The notes: generated from the sequence alone by a model not told the origin. Positions 34,122 to 45,219 are shown, numbered from the stretch's first letter. The stretch is DNA of 64,000 bases from Candidatus Bathyarchaeota archaeon (GCA_963815095.1 CAWFFH010000003.1:1467541-1531540), one strand, 5' to 3'. Translations and numbers: made by a program.

Positions 34122-34376
34122 TCAAAGAAGTTTGCTAAATTCATCAACTGAAAGGTCAACTTCTCTGATAATTGTGCGTAACATTCCCTTCCCTAAAGGT
34201 TTGTGTGCAGGGATAACCACCATGACTTTGTTTTTCCTGCAACCGAATAAAGAGTGTATTTCTCTTTATCGGCAAGCCGCATAACTATGTGGCTGCCTTT
34301 CTGCTTGATAACAACGTAACCGACACATACAAGAGCTTTAACCACTTTGTCATAGTTGACAGCTGTTAGTCTAGAC
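34122..34376 (-). pseudogene. hicA: HicA toxin, frameshifted and lacking a start codon
   Basis: KVVKALVCVGYVVIKQKGSHIVM then, in another frame, VVIPAHKPLGKGMLRTII. Confidence 0.8.
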
Positions 34377-34583
34377 GCTTACTTGCACCGTTTCAATAGG
34401 GACCGGATCGCCGTGTTCCTTTAGCGCTTCAAGATATGCCTGTATTGCTTCCTTGACGTTTTTCATTAGCTCCTGCCTTGTTTTTCCTTCAGTGGCGCAA
34501 CCAGGCAGGTCAGGAACCTTAGCAACGAGGACGCCATCTTCGTCCTTTTCTATTATCACTCGATATTTTAGCATAGTTTGCAT
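34371..34583 (-). CDS. hicB: HicB antitoxin
   Basis: VPDLPGCATEGKT.QE...NVKEAI. Confidence 0.92.
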   Translation of the reverse strand: MQTMLKYRVIIEKDEDGVLVAKVPDLPGCATEGKTRQELMKNVKEAIQAYLEALKEHGDPVPIETVQVSV

Positions 34584-34815
34584 GTAGAGTTGGAAATTCT
34601 TAAGCTTTCTCTTTTGTTTTAATTGGACTGCCTTAACAAAAGAATCCGTTTGGTGCTAAAGTGCCACAAGATTTGACGGATTTTGAGAAGCAACGCAATA
34701 GCAAAATGCCTACATAAAAACCAACCTCTAAAATAAGGCAGTCTCATCTTTTTTAAAAACCCCAACGCCCGAACGCTGTTCATAACAAATCGAAATGGTA
34801 AATTATAGGATTTAG

Positions 34816-35034
34816 CTATGTGTGTTTCCTGATTTTTGTTTGTTTTTTCGGGGTTTTGATTTCTGCTTCGATTTGTTCTATGGTGAGTGTTTCTGTTGCA
34901 TTTCTTAGCTCAACAACGGAATCGCCATAGCACATTCTGATTTCACTTATAAATTCTATGGCTCTTTTTGTTCCGAGTTCTTTGGCTAAAGCTTCAAAAG
35001 GCACCTCGACGGTGGCTATGTGCGAGGTTGTCAT
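34816..35034 (-). CDS. putative antitoxin
   Basis: ALAKELG...AIEFI...GD motif directly downstream of the PIN gene. Confidence 0.65.
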   Translation of the reverse strand: MTTSHIATVEVPFEALAKELGTKRAIEFISEIRMCYGDSVVELRNATETLTIEQIEAEIKTPKKQTKIRKHT

Positions 35035-35042
35035 TTTTTATT

Positions 35043-35522
35043 TCACTCTCCATTTTCCTGCATGTAATCTAGTGAATTCCTAACTTTTAACTTATACCCT
35101 TTCTTTGCAGCGAGTGTTTCGATGCAGTTGGTGTTTTCTAAAATTTCGTCGTCGCATGTTAGCAGGAAACTCGCTTTGCCTATGCAAGCTGCTGCCAAGT
35201 GCAAAGCGTCTAAAGAATTGAGTTTGCATTTAACCATGATTTCCTTGGCTATTATAATCAATATTTTGCTGCTTGCTACGTTTGTTTTGCCCAGGATTCT
35301 CTCGAAGCCTTGGATGTTTTTTCTTTTTAAGGGGTCTTTGATTTGTTCAATTTCAAACTTCACGTAATCGGAGCTTACTATCCTTATTTTTCCTCTTTCA
35401 ACTTTGTCTACGATTTGTAAGAATGCTTCGGATTCTTGGTGAATGCGGCTATTATTTTGGTCGTCCAATGTTCTGCAGTAAACGTTTGTGTCCAGATAAA
35501 CTCGTTTAGTCGTTTTCATCAT
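35043..35522 (-). CDS. PIN-domain toxin
   Basis: VYLDTNV...LDALHLAAA...LLTCD. Confidence 0.9.
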   Translation of the reverse strand: MMKTTKRVYLDTNVYCRTLDDQNNSRIHQESEAFLQIVDKVERGKIRIVSSDYVKFEIEQIKDPLKRKNIQGFERILGKTNVASSKILIIIAKEIMVKCKLNSLDALHLAAACIGKASFLLTCDDEILENTNCIETLAAKKGYKLKVRNSLDYMQENGE

Positions 35523-35835
35523 TACTTGACCTGGAGTGTATCTGTTTTGCTGATGTTGTTTTTGTATTTTGCTATGTTCATAGTTATGATAATAGAGTTG
35601 TTTTCTTCTCTGTAATTTTTGTTCCCTAGTCTTTTGAGAAAGGCTTGATTATTCTTGGAATTTTATGCGAACGGACGGAAATTCAGTCGTATTCGCAAAT
35701 GCATTGTGGTGGAAGATTGCGGTCTTTTTTTTCCTAAATCATTTGTTCTTTTAAGCGAGAAAAGCCATCAGTATTAAGGTAGTTGATTGATTTGGTGTTT
35801 TGTTTTCTTCTATGTTGAGCAAAAATTTGGGAGAA

Positions 35836-36018
35836 CTACACATCTTCTTGTAATGTCAAGAATGTAAATACTTTATGATCCTTAGCAATTATTGCTGTAA
35901 ACTCCTCCAGGCTGGAAGCGTTTTCTTCATATCTAATAGGCTCCTGATTGCCTTCTACTTTAACTAAAGCAAGAAACTTGTGTGTTTTGGGCTTAGCGCA
36001 TTCATCTTCTTCTGTCAT
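35836..36018 (-). CDS. small hypothetical protein
   Basis: 60-aa ORF with SD-like GGAAG. Confidence 0.5.
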   Translation of the reverse strand: MTEEDECAKPKTHKFLALVKVEGNQEPIRYEENASSLEEFTAIIAKDHKVFTFLTLQEDV

Positions 36019-36274
36019 GACTCAACTTCCTTATGCTAATGCTAATGATACATAAAACAACTATATGGGTTTTTGAATCAACAAGTTATAAATAATTATG
36101 AGTTCGTTAAGTGATTATTTGCGATTGTTTAGGGGAGGCTTAGGGTAAAGTTGAGGGGAGACAGGAGGTTGCGTTTTTCCTGCTCTTTGCGTTTCAGTTT
36201 GGGACTGCTCAATTGTTTGGTTCCTTTTGTTTGTTTTAGTCTTCTCGAAAGGGAAGTTGTTGAGGATTAGCTAA

Positions 36275-37804
36275 ATGTTCGAGTCCACACAATCTGCTCG
36301 GATGCATGGTTTACTTTCCAAAAGTTTCCTATTTCCCTTTCTTGCATTTGTGGTTCCTCTTTTGTTTAGAGCTATTCCGGAGGTTTTGATGGGACCCTAC
36401 GTTGTGGGGTTTGATACGATGGCTCATTATGTTCCTACAACTTTGTTGTGGTTTAGGGGGGACGTTTCTTTTTTGAGTTTTATTGGGACCGCTCCGTTGT
36501 TTTATTCTATAGTTATTTCGTTGGTTTCTTTGGGTGGCTCTCTTGTTTGGGTGCTTAAAGTGGTTTCAGTGGTCTTTGAGGGTGTTTTGGGGTTGTCTAT
36601 TTTTGGGTTTGCTCAGAGAGGTTTAGGGTGGTCTTCTAGGAAGAGTTTGGCGGTGGCTTTTCTGGGGACTTTGTATTTTGTGGCTTTGCGGGTTTCGTGG
36701 GATTCGCTTCGGAATATGCTTGGTTTGGTTTTCTTTTTTGTGGTTCTAATGCAGTTTAGTTTGAGTGAGCGTGAAGGGTCTTCGTGGAAACGTTATGGGT
36801 TGCTTTCTTTGGCGATGGTGGCGGTGGTTTTGTCGCATCAACTTGTGTCTGTGATAATGTTGGGTGTATTTGCGTTCACGATCGGTTATAAGTTCGTTCG
36901 GGGGATGCCTGCAAAAGCGTTTCGTTTGGTTTTGGTTGTTTTGCCCGCTGCTGTGCTTTTTTTGGCTGTGTTTTTTTTGGTTCCTTCAGTGCCAGAGTAC
37001 CGCTTGATTTTCGGTTTTGCCAATGCCAATGATGGGTGGCTTGCTCTTTTCGGCTTTTCCTCTTATCCAACGATGCTGGTAAGCGAGGCGGGTTTCTTTT
37101 TCTATTGTTTTATGCCTCTATTTCCTTTGGTGTTTTTGGGGATTTGGCGTTTTAAGAATTTGCAGATTAGAAGCTGGCTAGCTTTGAGTTTGATTTTGCT
37201 GTTGGTTCCAATGGTTAGCCCAAGTAACCTTCGCTGGGTCATAATGCTCACATATCCCTTGGCATTTTGTGTAGTTGAGGCTTTGAGCCGGCTCAAATCT
37301 GTGTCGTGGAAACGTTTCGGCTTCACTTTGCGGCGAATCGGTGTAGTTTATTTGGTTTTGGTGGTGTTGGTGTTGAGTTTAGGTTTTATGTTGATGCCGC
37401 CCCAAGATCCTTTTCCCTACTACTCAGCGCCCGTAAACGGCTACGTTTACCAAATTCCATCTTCGATGCTGCAGAACACTGTTCCCAAGGTCTATTGTGC
37501 AGATACCGTTAACGCTCTGCAATGGTTCAAAAATAACGCTGATAGTGGCGGAGTTTTGCTTACGCATCGGGCTTTCTATGGTTGGGCAATGTTAAATGTA
37601 AATGCAGATCAAATTGTGCTCTATGAGTATGATAATCCCGTTAATGCAGCCAAGACAGTGGCTCAAGAAAGTCAAAACAAAATATATTTGATTTGGTGGG
37701 TAAATGGGAACGGTTGGTATGGACAATCTACAGTGTCCTCTTCATTTGAGGAAGTTTACCACAGTGGAGAAATCGCCATCTACACCTACGATGCAGCATC
37801 TTGA
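36275..37804 (+). CDS. multi-pass membrane protein, GT-C glycosyltransferase-like
   Basis: VGFDT..HY after first TM, about 12 TMs, soluble C-terminal domain; function is inference. Confidence 0.7.
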   Translation: MFESTQSARMHGLLSKSFLFPFLAFVVPLLFRAIPEVLMGPYVVGFDTMAHYVPTTLLWFRGDVSFLSFIGTAPLFYSIVISLVSLGGSLVWVLKVVSVVFEGVLGLSIFGFAQRGLGWSSRKSLAVAFLGTLYFVALRVSWDSLRNMLGLVFFFVVLMQFSLSEREGSSWKRYGLLSLAMVAVVLSHQLVSVIMLGVFAFTIGYKFVRGMPAKAFRLVLVVLPAAVLFLAVFFLVPSVPEYRLIFGFANANDGWLALFGFSSYPTMLVSEAGFFFYCFMPLFPLVFLGIWRFKNLQIRSWLALSLILLLVPMVSPSNLRWVIMLTYPLAFCVVEALSRLKSVSWKRFGFTLRRIGVVYLVLVVLVLSLGFMLMPPQDPFPYYSAPVNGYVYQIPSSMLQNTVPKVYCADTVNALQWFKNNADSGGVLLTHRAFYGWAMLNVNADQIVLYEYDNPVNAAKTVAQESQNKIYLIWWVNGNGWYGQSTVSSSFEEVYHSGEIAIYTYDAAS

Positions 37805-38298
37805 GCAAAAATTGGCAACAACGAAATCTTTTTTTAGAAAATATGGTTACGTGCTTGCCGCATTCCTTATCCCCAACTAATTAGGAAAATTCCTGAGATT
37901 CTCTCATTGTCTACCCACTCGAATTAACACGCTAAATGTTATGTCATGCGTTGTTAAAGTTGGCGATTATTTACCTGCCAAGCCGCCAGATTGTACTTGT
38001 TCTTGGGATACCTGAAAAAATGAAGTGATTGCATGGCGAAATTGCAATTTAATAAAAATAATAAAACGTTGAAAAAACAACAGGCGAGTTTATCAATACG
38101 AACAGGTTTTTTTTGAATTTCCTTAAAGATTCCATGAAATATTGCAGTGCCCTCGGAACCGCCAACTTGAAATTGAAACAAGTCGGCTGAACAAAATTAT
38201 TTGCATACAGTTAATAGACAAAGGACTTTCAAAAATTACCGTAAATAATAATCTTAAAAATGATGCTTAATTAATAAGAAAACTAGAAAGGATAAAGA

Positions 38299-39156
38299 AT
38301 GAAAATGAAATTCAAGCTTCTAGGGTTCTCTCTTTTTCTCATCTTATCATTGGTTTTGATAGTTCCTGCATTTGTAAGTGCTGATGACAATAATTTGGGT
38401 AAGCTTTCGAGCTTTAACGGTTGGGGCGATGGTGGAAATGTTTATACTTTTCAAACTCAGTGGCAAGGGAACACGGCTTTGAAAACTGTTTATAACCCAA
38501 ATTACTGGGTTGGGAGTCGAGGAGAAAATGAACTTGATGGGCAATGGATTCCGGTAAGTCCGGGTGATCATGTCTATTTTACAGCTTTAGTTTGGACAAC
38601 CGCATCAAGCCTTGGAGATACTGACCCGTTTGATGGGGGACGGATTGGGATAGACATGTATGCTAAGGGCAGAATTTGCGAGATTGACACGACCGACGGC
38701 AGGCAAGGCAATGATGCTATGTGGAATGGCGATCCGGCTTTTTATGCTCTAAGTGTTCCTTGGGGTAGTGGCCATTGGGTTCGGTGTACAATGAATTTTA
38801 TCGTACCTGCAACCTACGTGGCAGATGGCAATGGCCCTAATGCTGCCTACTCTAAAGGGACAGTGGTGAAACCAACTGGGTTTATTCCATGGATGAATGG
38901 TCCTGATAGTTATACTTATCAGCAAACTGGGCAGATTGAAAAAGGAGCAGTATATTATGCCGATACGCAAATTTACGTTAACCCTGATTCTTCTCTCTCG
39001 CTTCCTGCTCCAGTTCCGATGGCTACTTCATCTTCTCAGGTTGCAGGGGGAATCGGGTATTTTGGCGCGATTATGCTTTTTGGTTTAGTTGTGGTTGCCG
39101 GAGTTGTTGGGTTGTATTTATTTTCGCATTTAAAAAACCTGAAATTGCGTTATTGA
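38299..39156 (+). CDS. secreted protein with C-terminal TM anchor
   Basis: Signal peptide, Trp/Gly-rich beta domain, C-terminal TM plus basic tail. Confidence 0.75.
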   Translation: MKMKFKLLGFSLFLILSLVLIVPAFVSADDNNLGKLSSFNGWGDGGNVYTFQTQWQGNTALKTVYNPNYWVGSRGENELDGQWIPVSPGDHVYFTALVWTTASSLGDTDPFDGGRIGIDMYAKGRICEIDTTDGRQGNDAMWNGDPAFYALSVPWGSGHWVRCTMNFIVPATYVADGNGPNAAYSKGTVVKPTGFIPWMNGPDSYTYQQTGQIEKGAVYYADTQIYVNPDSSLSLPAPVPMATSSSQVAGGIGYFGAIMLFGLVVVAGVVGLYLFSHLKNLKLRY

Positions 39157-39383
39157 CCGGTTGCTTGAGATTCAAGGCAACGAGGATTAACAGGGAAAAG
39201 TCAAGTTAATCCTTCCCTTTTGTAAGAACTGATTTCTAACTCCTAGTCCTTCCCTAAAATTTTGAGATTTTACTCTTTTATTTAACATGAATTAGGAAAG
39301 CCAGCAAAGAGTCAATTATACTCTTAAGCTTTCGTTGTCTGACTCTATTGCTTTTCTTATGCAAGACCTTTTTGGTCGAGATA

Positions 39384-40292
39384 GGGCCAAAATTTTGGAA
39401 GATCTTGAGCATGGTCCGATGACCACATGGAGAGGGATTTGGAAAATGGAAAAAGGTCTCGGCTTTCTCTAAGCTTTCTTGGATGAATTTCCAGTCGGGG
39501 CGATTATGACTTGACCTTTAGTGACATCAAATGTTATGCTATGGTCACTTAGGAACTTGGAGATGGCACTGCTTACTTTTTGGAGGTAGTGTTCTAGGCT
39601 TGCTTTGTATTGGTCGTTTGTTACGTTAGAAACTCCCTGCTTGATTTTACCTTGCAGAAACAGGCTGCAGGTTTCGTTAATGCAATCAGATGCCTTTGCC
39701 TTGTCAGCTAAAAGCGTCTGGTTGTCAATTCTGGCGTACGCAGTTATTTTGGGATTGTTTTCTGGAGTTGAAAATTCAGGAGCGGCAAAAATCACTATCG
39801 CCGGTGGGCGGTTCACGTTAAAATTTGAGAGCACATTTGTTAAGTCGGGGGCCCCCATGCTCCATATGCCCACAAAAATATTATTTTCAGCCGTGACTCC
39901 TGCTTTGTATAGCTCTTCCTTAAGATCCGTGTAATCTTTCATCAATGCGGGCAGATAAAATACGTAAACTTTGCAGTTGCTCGGTACATCGGAGGCTAAT
40001 TTCAGGTCTTTTACCGCTGCTTTAAAAAGTGTGCTTGGTCTAAAAAGTAATTTCATCTTATCACACTCTATTGTACATTCTGGTTTTACTAAAAAGGCTT
40101 CCTAAAAGCGAAAATCTCACAGATAAGAGTACACTGCTTAGGCAAGGCCTTCCGCGGATTGGGTTATAGTAGAAAAGGCTTGATAGGTTTTAGCTTATCA
40201 TCAGAACCTATGATATGAACAAAAAGTCAAAGAGGCAATGCCTAAAACCACCGTTGGGCAATAGAGTCGTATATTCAAAATCGTATCGCTTG
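39384..40292. repeat. ~0.9 kb direct repeat, copy 1
   Basis: Aligns by eye with 57376-58282, including both non-coding flanks. Confidence 0.92.
39469..40056 (-). CDS. 195-aa hypothetical protein, copy 1
   Basis: Differs from copy 2 at two residues. Confidence 0.85.
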   Translation of the reverse strand: MKLLFRPSTLFKAAVKDLKLASDVPSNCKVYVFYLPALMKDYTDLKEELYKAGVTAENNIFVGIWSMGAPDLTNVLSNFNVNRPPAIVIFAAPEFSTPENNPKITAYARIDNQTLLADKAKASDCINETCSLFLQGKIKQGVSNVTNDQYKASLEHYLQKVSSAISKFLSDHSITFDVTKGQVIIAPTGNSSKKA

Positions 40293-40482
40293 TGTAGAAG
40301 GCTTAAGGCAGAAGACGCAACCTAAATCAAAAAAGATAGCGCGAGCGGGTTAAGTCTCTATGATTCTGCGCCCAAAAGGGTTGGAACTTTTTAATAATTT
40401 TATGACTTTTTTCGAATAATCATTGGAACCCAAAAGGCCACCATAGTTCTGAATAAATAAAAAAAGAAAAGAAATTTTAGGT

Positions 40483-41571
40483 TTATGTTAACGCAGTGGT
40501 TTGATCAATGATCTTGGCCATTGGGGCGTTCTTCTTTATCGATGCTATACCATTTTCGGCTGACCCTCTTGAAAGGTAGGACTGGCTTGCTGCAATTATC
40601 TCCCCGTTAGCCGCTTTTAGATGGAATCGGAACTTGCCAGCAGAATCACATTGAATTTCGAAATCTGGGTCTTGTACAATTCCTCGGTGAACAAAATCTG
40701 GTACAATCTCTTTCGTTGTGGAATCAGCGATCGTGGCTATTGGAGCATTCTTTTTTATTGAAGCAATGCCTTTTAGAGCGGCCTCTTTTGTCCCGTATGA
40801 TTGGCTTACAGCAATTATCTGTCCATTAGTTGCTTTTAGATGGAAACGGAATCTGCAAACAGAGTCAAAGAAAACCTCGAAAACTCCTGTCACTTTCGCT
40901 GCTATGGGCATCTGTTCTGTTATAACTTCTGTGGGTGGCAACGGTTCAGGCATCGGTTCTGGCGCTGAGGCAACTACCGGCATGACCTCAGGGTTTGGCA
41001 TTGGCTCCGGGGCTTTTTCAACATCTGGCATAACTTCAGCAGGCATTGGTGTTTCGGGGGTTTTCTCAACTATGTGGGCTGTCTTAGTGTGATCATCCAT
41101 AGCTTGTTTGGTCATAAAGCCCATACCACAAACAGGACAAGTAAGCTCCATATTTGGCATCAGCACCCTATCCACTACATGTACCATACCGTTGTCTGTT
41201 ACAATGTCTGTGCTTACAATGTGTGTGTCATCGTTGATTATTGGGTTCATGTGAAGATGCCACCAACCTTTGCCGTGAATCTTAATTTCTTGGCCTTGAA
41301 GAGTTTTAGCGGTTTTCATCTGAGCTATTTCGTCAATCGTAAACTTTCCCGGAATAACATGGTACAATAGAATCGCCTTAAGTTTTGGAACATTTTTCAT
41401 TAGTTCATCCTTTGAACCTGCGGGTAGCAATGAAAAAGCACGATCATCTGGAGCAAAAATAGTGAATGGCCCTGGACCTTTTAGTGTTTCAACTAATCCT
41501 GCAGCTTTTATTGCTGCGATAAATGTTTTGAAGCCTCCAGCTGCAACAGCAATATCAACTATATCTTCCGT
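40483..41571 (-). CDS. fasciclin + C2H2 finger + 2x DUF1508/YegP fusion protein
   Basis: Frame open to an ACG at 41571 behind GGAGGTGA; LVETLKGPGPFTIFAP, YHVIPG, NG.VHVVD; CPVC...H...H; two FRFHLKA.NG.IIA.SQSY repeats. Confidence 0.85.
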   Translation of the reverse strand, partial: TEDIVDIAVAAGGFKTFIAAIKAAGLVETLKGPGPFTIFAPDDRAFSLLPAGSKDELMKNVPKLKAILLYHVIPGKFTIDEIAQMKTAKTLQGQEIKIHGKGWWHLHMNPIINDDTHIVSTDIVTDNGMVHVVDRVLMPNMELTCPVCGMGFMTKQAMDDHTKTAHIVEKTPETPMPAEVMPDVEKAPEPMPNPEVMPVVASAPEPMPEPLPPTEVITEQMPIAAKVTGVFEVFFDSVCRFRFHLKATNGQIIAVSQSYGTKEAALKGIASIKKNAPIATIADSTTKEIVPDFVHRGIVQDPDFEIQCDSAGKFRFHLKAANGEIIAASQSYLSRGSAENGIASIKKNAPMAKIIDQTTALT

Positions 41572-41843
41572 TATTTTTCACCTCCTCAAAATCTTCAAGT
41601 TGCTCTACATTATGTAAGCATACGCTAAGCAGGTTAACTGTGAATAGCTGCGCATAAAAGGTGATGTGATTGTGATAGTACAGGCACAAGTTGCTTATTC
41701 CATTCAATAAACTATTCTATGTTGAAAGTTAGCGCGAGAATATACTGACGGTTCTGCAGGTAAAAATCGAAATTCTAATAATCATATTGTAAGCTTATTT
41801 TATCATATCATAATAGGCTTAAAAAACTCCCTAAACGGCAAAT

Positions 41844-41869
41844 TGGTGCGGAGGGTGGGACATCAACCC
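41844..41869 (-). repeat. tRNA-3'-end-like remnant (att-like)
   Basis: Reverse complement GGGTTGATGTCCCACCCTCCGCACCA resembles a T-arm, acceptor strand and CCA; no 5' half found. Confidence 0.55.
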
Positions 41870-42422
41870 TATTTTACCGGTAAAATATCTACATAATCAA
41901 CGAAAATTCAAAAACATCTCATCTCAATTGGGGCGAGGGCCGTACCGGACTTACCCCCTAACGGGTATGAGTCCCTGTACTTAAATTCTTGGAATTAGGC
42001 TATTTGACGAGTTAGAATGATCTGAAGCCTCACCCTACTTAACCAATAAGAGACAAGTCCACGAGTTGCAGACATGAACAGGTTTAAGTCCAGTTCAATT
42101 TGCGTGTTATTAAATTTAATGACACGTTCGTAACATCGCTCTAAGAATGAATTTGGTGAATGAGTTGCTGAGCGGAGAGGATGACACTAAGCTCTAACAA
42201 GTTTCGCGGGTGAAGCATGAGGCAAGAGAAAAAAAGAAGTAGGAGCAGATCTATCTTAATCTCAGAAAAAATAGCGACTGGCAATTCTTTTGTTAATTTT
42301 CGGTTTTAATGTTCTTTCCCAAAGGTCAATTGTCTCTGATCAATTTAATATTGTTAAATCTTAAATAGGAATGAATGCGAATTTAATCAAGAATTGTCAG
42401 TATAATTGCTGGGGGTCTGCAA

Positions 42423-42704
42423 GTGGCGACAAATAAAAACGGTTTGAAAGTGCAAAGCTCTTCTGAAATCAAGATCGAAAATTCGGAGTTTCCAATTGTC
42501 GGAATTGGCGCTTTTGCAGGCGGATTAGATCTAATCAAGAAACTGCTAGGGAATTTGCCTCTCGATACGGGTATGGCGTTTATAGTTATTCAACATTTGG
42601 CTACGGGACAGCAATCGCTCAACATCGTCATTGGATCCGAGAAAAAACCGAAAATGTACCAGCATAAAACAAAACGTGGTTTTGAGGGTCAATCTAATTT
42701 TTGA
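42423..42704 (+). pseudogene. truncated CheB-type methylesterase N-terminus
   Basis: FPIVGIGAFAGG (catalytic Ser replaced by Phe), DTGMAFIVIQHL, then unrelated sequence. Confidence 0.75.
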
Positions 42705-42717
42705 AAGAGGTTATTAG

Positions 42718-43077
42718 ATGTCAGAAAAGATATCCCTAAGGGAAATAGTTAGTGCAATTCTAAATGAGATAAAAACCATCCTCAAAGCGTACATGAATGA
42801 AGCGGAAGCAACTGTTAAGAAACGACTCAAGAAACTTATCATAGTAAGCATAGTTACCAGTGTTTTGATATCTCTTGGAATTTCATTTATTGGTTCAGCT
42901 TCACTGTTCATACTCATCGGGTCTTTCAAGTACCTTAGCACATCCATGCCCGCGTGGGAAGCCTTATACATCATGGGCATTACCTCAGGCATCACAGCAG
43001 GTGTGCTCTTTTTTGCGCTTTTCATCATAATACGAAATCAATTAAGATCTCCCGAAAAAACTGACAAGGATAAATAA
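42718..43077 (+). CDS. two-TM membrane protein, holin/YqjE-like
   Basis: Amphipathic N-terminal helix followed by two TMs. Confidence 0.65.
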   Translation: MSEKISLREIVSAILNEIKTILKAYMNEAEATVKKRLKKLIIVSIVTSVLISLGISFIGSASLFILIGSFKYLSTSMPAWEALYIMGITSGITAGVLFFALFIIIRNQLRSPEKTDKDK

Positions 43078-43199
43078 GTCACGAACTTTTCCTCTCGCAA
43101 AGATGGCAAGTGAGTTGACCTCACAGAAAAAGAAGATCTACGAATAACATGTTAAGAATAGAAAAAACTGACATAGCGTTAGCTTAAAAAATAAATAAT

Positions 43200-43552
43200 C
43201 TGCTCAAAATTCTCGTGCTTGTATTTTATCCAATGTACGCAATGAAAAGGCTTTCTTTTGTTGCACTGCAGAGGGAGTTAACACAAAAATTTCAACAATC
43301 AGCCTCCAAGATTTTGCGGCCAAATTGCACGACATATATGAAAGCTCTATTCTGTTTCATTATCCACGGGGCAATTTCCAAGCTTGGATAAGAGACACAG
43401 TAAAAGACAACGAGTTAGCCAGCAGAATTTGTTTTATAGAAAGGGGCATTTTCGGGAGAGAAGCTAAGGCAAGAACTGTTAAAAATGGTTCAAACGAGAA
43501 TAAGCGAACTCAAAGATACAAAACAACAAGTATTCCCACCCAGCCAATGTAA
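43200..43552 (+). pseudogene. DUF5752-like fragment
   Basis: EKAF...SLQDFAAKL...SILFHYPRGNFQAWIRDTVKD.ELA; no proper start, shifted C-terminus. Confidence 0.55.
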
Positions 43553-43737
43553 CAAGGACGGGTTATGTCTATCTTAATACAAACGATGATTAACGTTTAA
43601 TTTAGAGGCTTGCCTTTTCTCTTTTTTTCTGTTATTGTTAATAAATGATAAAAAGTGAGGCTAATTGTCTGTAGCTGTGAGAGCACAATCACAACTCTAT
43701 ATGTAGCATTGTTCCTTCATTTGTTTAGGTGTAAGTT

Positions 43738-43911
43738 TTGTCGAAAGTTCAACCTCATCCAGGTCATGAAAATCACCTCTGCAAAATGGTAGAGGACAAA
43801 GTACCCTTAGAGAAAATAAAGCCACTTGTGAAAGACGCGAAATACATCTGCAAAAGCTGCATGCGAACAGCTGCCAAAGCTGAAAATCTTTGCTCTCCCG
43901 AACCCCTCTAA
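43738..43911 (+). CDS. 57-aa putative metal-binding protein
   Basis: Manual translation ...HENHLC...YICKSCMRTAAKAENLCSPEPL; AGGTG SD. Confidence 0.75.
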   Translation: MSKVQPHPGHENHLCKMVEDKVPLEKIKPLVKDAKYICKSCMRTAAKAENLCSPEPL

Positions 43912-44293
43912 ATACATCTTTTCTTTTTTTTGAGAACAAAATCCCACTTAATATCCGTCAGAAACTAAAAGCAATTCTCGAAAACACACTTTCCTATTCT
44001 GGCTAAAAGTCGAATAGGCAATGCTCTTCTTTACGAATTTAATCTTTGATTTCTCAAATTTACCCTTGATTTTGTCGTCACTCATAAAAAATCACAAAAA
44101 AGCTAATCTCATAGAATCAAATAACCAAAGTGACACCTTGATGTTTCAAAGGAAATTGAACCTAAAAATAATTCAAAAACTCATTTATAGTTTTTTAAAA
44201 AAACCAAATAGAAACTTGATGAATTGTAATTGTTTGATGACATTCACATCTTAAAATAGACTGGCAAGTTAAGGGTAAGTGAGGTTTTTGAAT

Positions 44294-44452
44294 ATGGGTT
44301 TACTTGATTTGCTTTTTGTAGTTGCTGCGATCCTTATAATACTGTGGCTTCTTGGCTTTGTATTCTTCAACCTTGGCGCTATCATATGGGTACTGCTTGT
44401 CGTTGCGGTCATCATAATACTTTTCCGGCTGCTCTCAGGACGCAGAGTATAA
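44294..44452 (+). CDS. lmo0937/DUF5670-like small membrane protein
   Basis: Manual translation ILIILWLLGF...G.IIWVLLVVAVIIILFRLLSGRR. Confidence 0.85.
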   Translation: MGLLDLLFVVAAILIILWLLGFVFFNLGAIIWVLLVVAVIIILFRLLSGRRV

Positions 44453-44617
44453 CATCAACCGAAATCGAAAAAGCAGCGTCAGAAGCTGCTTTCCAATTTT
44501 TTTTGCAACCATAAAGATGATGTGTATTCTTACGATTAGGTGCATTGTTTGTTGGTGCGAGATGACAGTCACATACTTTAATAAAATCGGTGAGACAATA
44601 GTTTTTAGTGAATTTTT

Positions 44618-44782
44618 ATGAGCGAAGAAGAAACTAATGGTAAAATTAAACAGGGAAAAGGCAAAGTCCGCGAAGGCTTAGGCAAAATTACGGGCGACAA
44701 AACTGAACAAATTAAAGGCAAAGTGGAACAAGTAGAAGGCAAAGTCCAAGAAGAAGTAGGTAAAGCAAAAAGAAAAGCCTAA
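44618..44782 (+). CDS. csbD: CsbD-family stress protein
   Basis: Manual translation GKIKQGKGKVREGLGKITGD...KGKVEQVEGKVQE..GK. Confidence 0.88.
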   Translation: MSEEETNGKIKQGKGKVREGLGKITGDKTEQIKGKVEQVEGKVQEEVGKAKRKA

Positions 44783-44892
44783 GAAGTATTAGCAACTCAA
44801 CGTTTTAGACAGAATATGTAAAAACGTTGTCCATCCTTTTTAGGAGAATAATCTTGGAAACTTGAAATTAAATGGTTATTTAGAAACTTTGG

Positions 44893-45219
44893 TTGGTGAA
44901 TAATATGGTTAAGTGTGAAATTTGTGGGGCCGACTTACTTGTAGGGGCCAAATTCTGTTCAAATTGTGGGGCTCCCGTAGGCGTAAAAGAGGAGTTTACT
45001 GTCCGCTCAGAGGATCTTGTTGCGAAAATCAAGGAACTGCTTCATGAGAGCGACGTATCAAGAATAATAGTTAAGGATGAGAGTGGAAAGTCCCTTTTAG
45101 AAATACCCGTTTGGGCTGGTATTGTAGGAACTATATTGGCTCCTTGGCTGGCAGCTTTGGGTGCAATTGCAGCTTTAGCAACAAAATGCACCATCACTGT
45201 CATCAGGCAAAAAACCTAA
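44893..45219 (+). CDS. zinc-ribbon + DUF4342 protein
   Basis: CEICG...FCSNCG; KIKELLHE..V.RIIVK...LLEIP. Confidence 0.85.
   Translation: MVNNMVKCEICGADLLVGAKFCSNCGAPVGVKEEFTVRSEDLVAKIKELLHESDVSRIIVKDESGKSLLEIPVWAGIVGTILAPWLAALGAIAALATKCTITVIRQKT

Noticed and set aside
39469-40056. Duplicated gene as an IS transposase
   Set aside because: No DDE, HUH or serine-recombinase motif and no terminal inverted repeats seen
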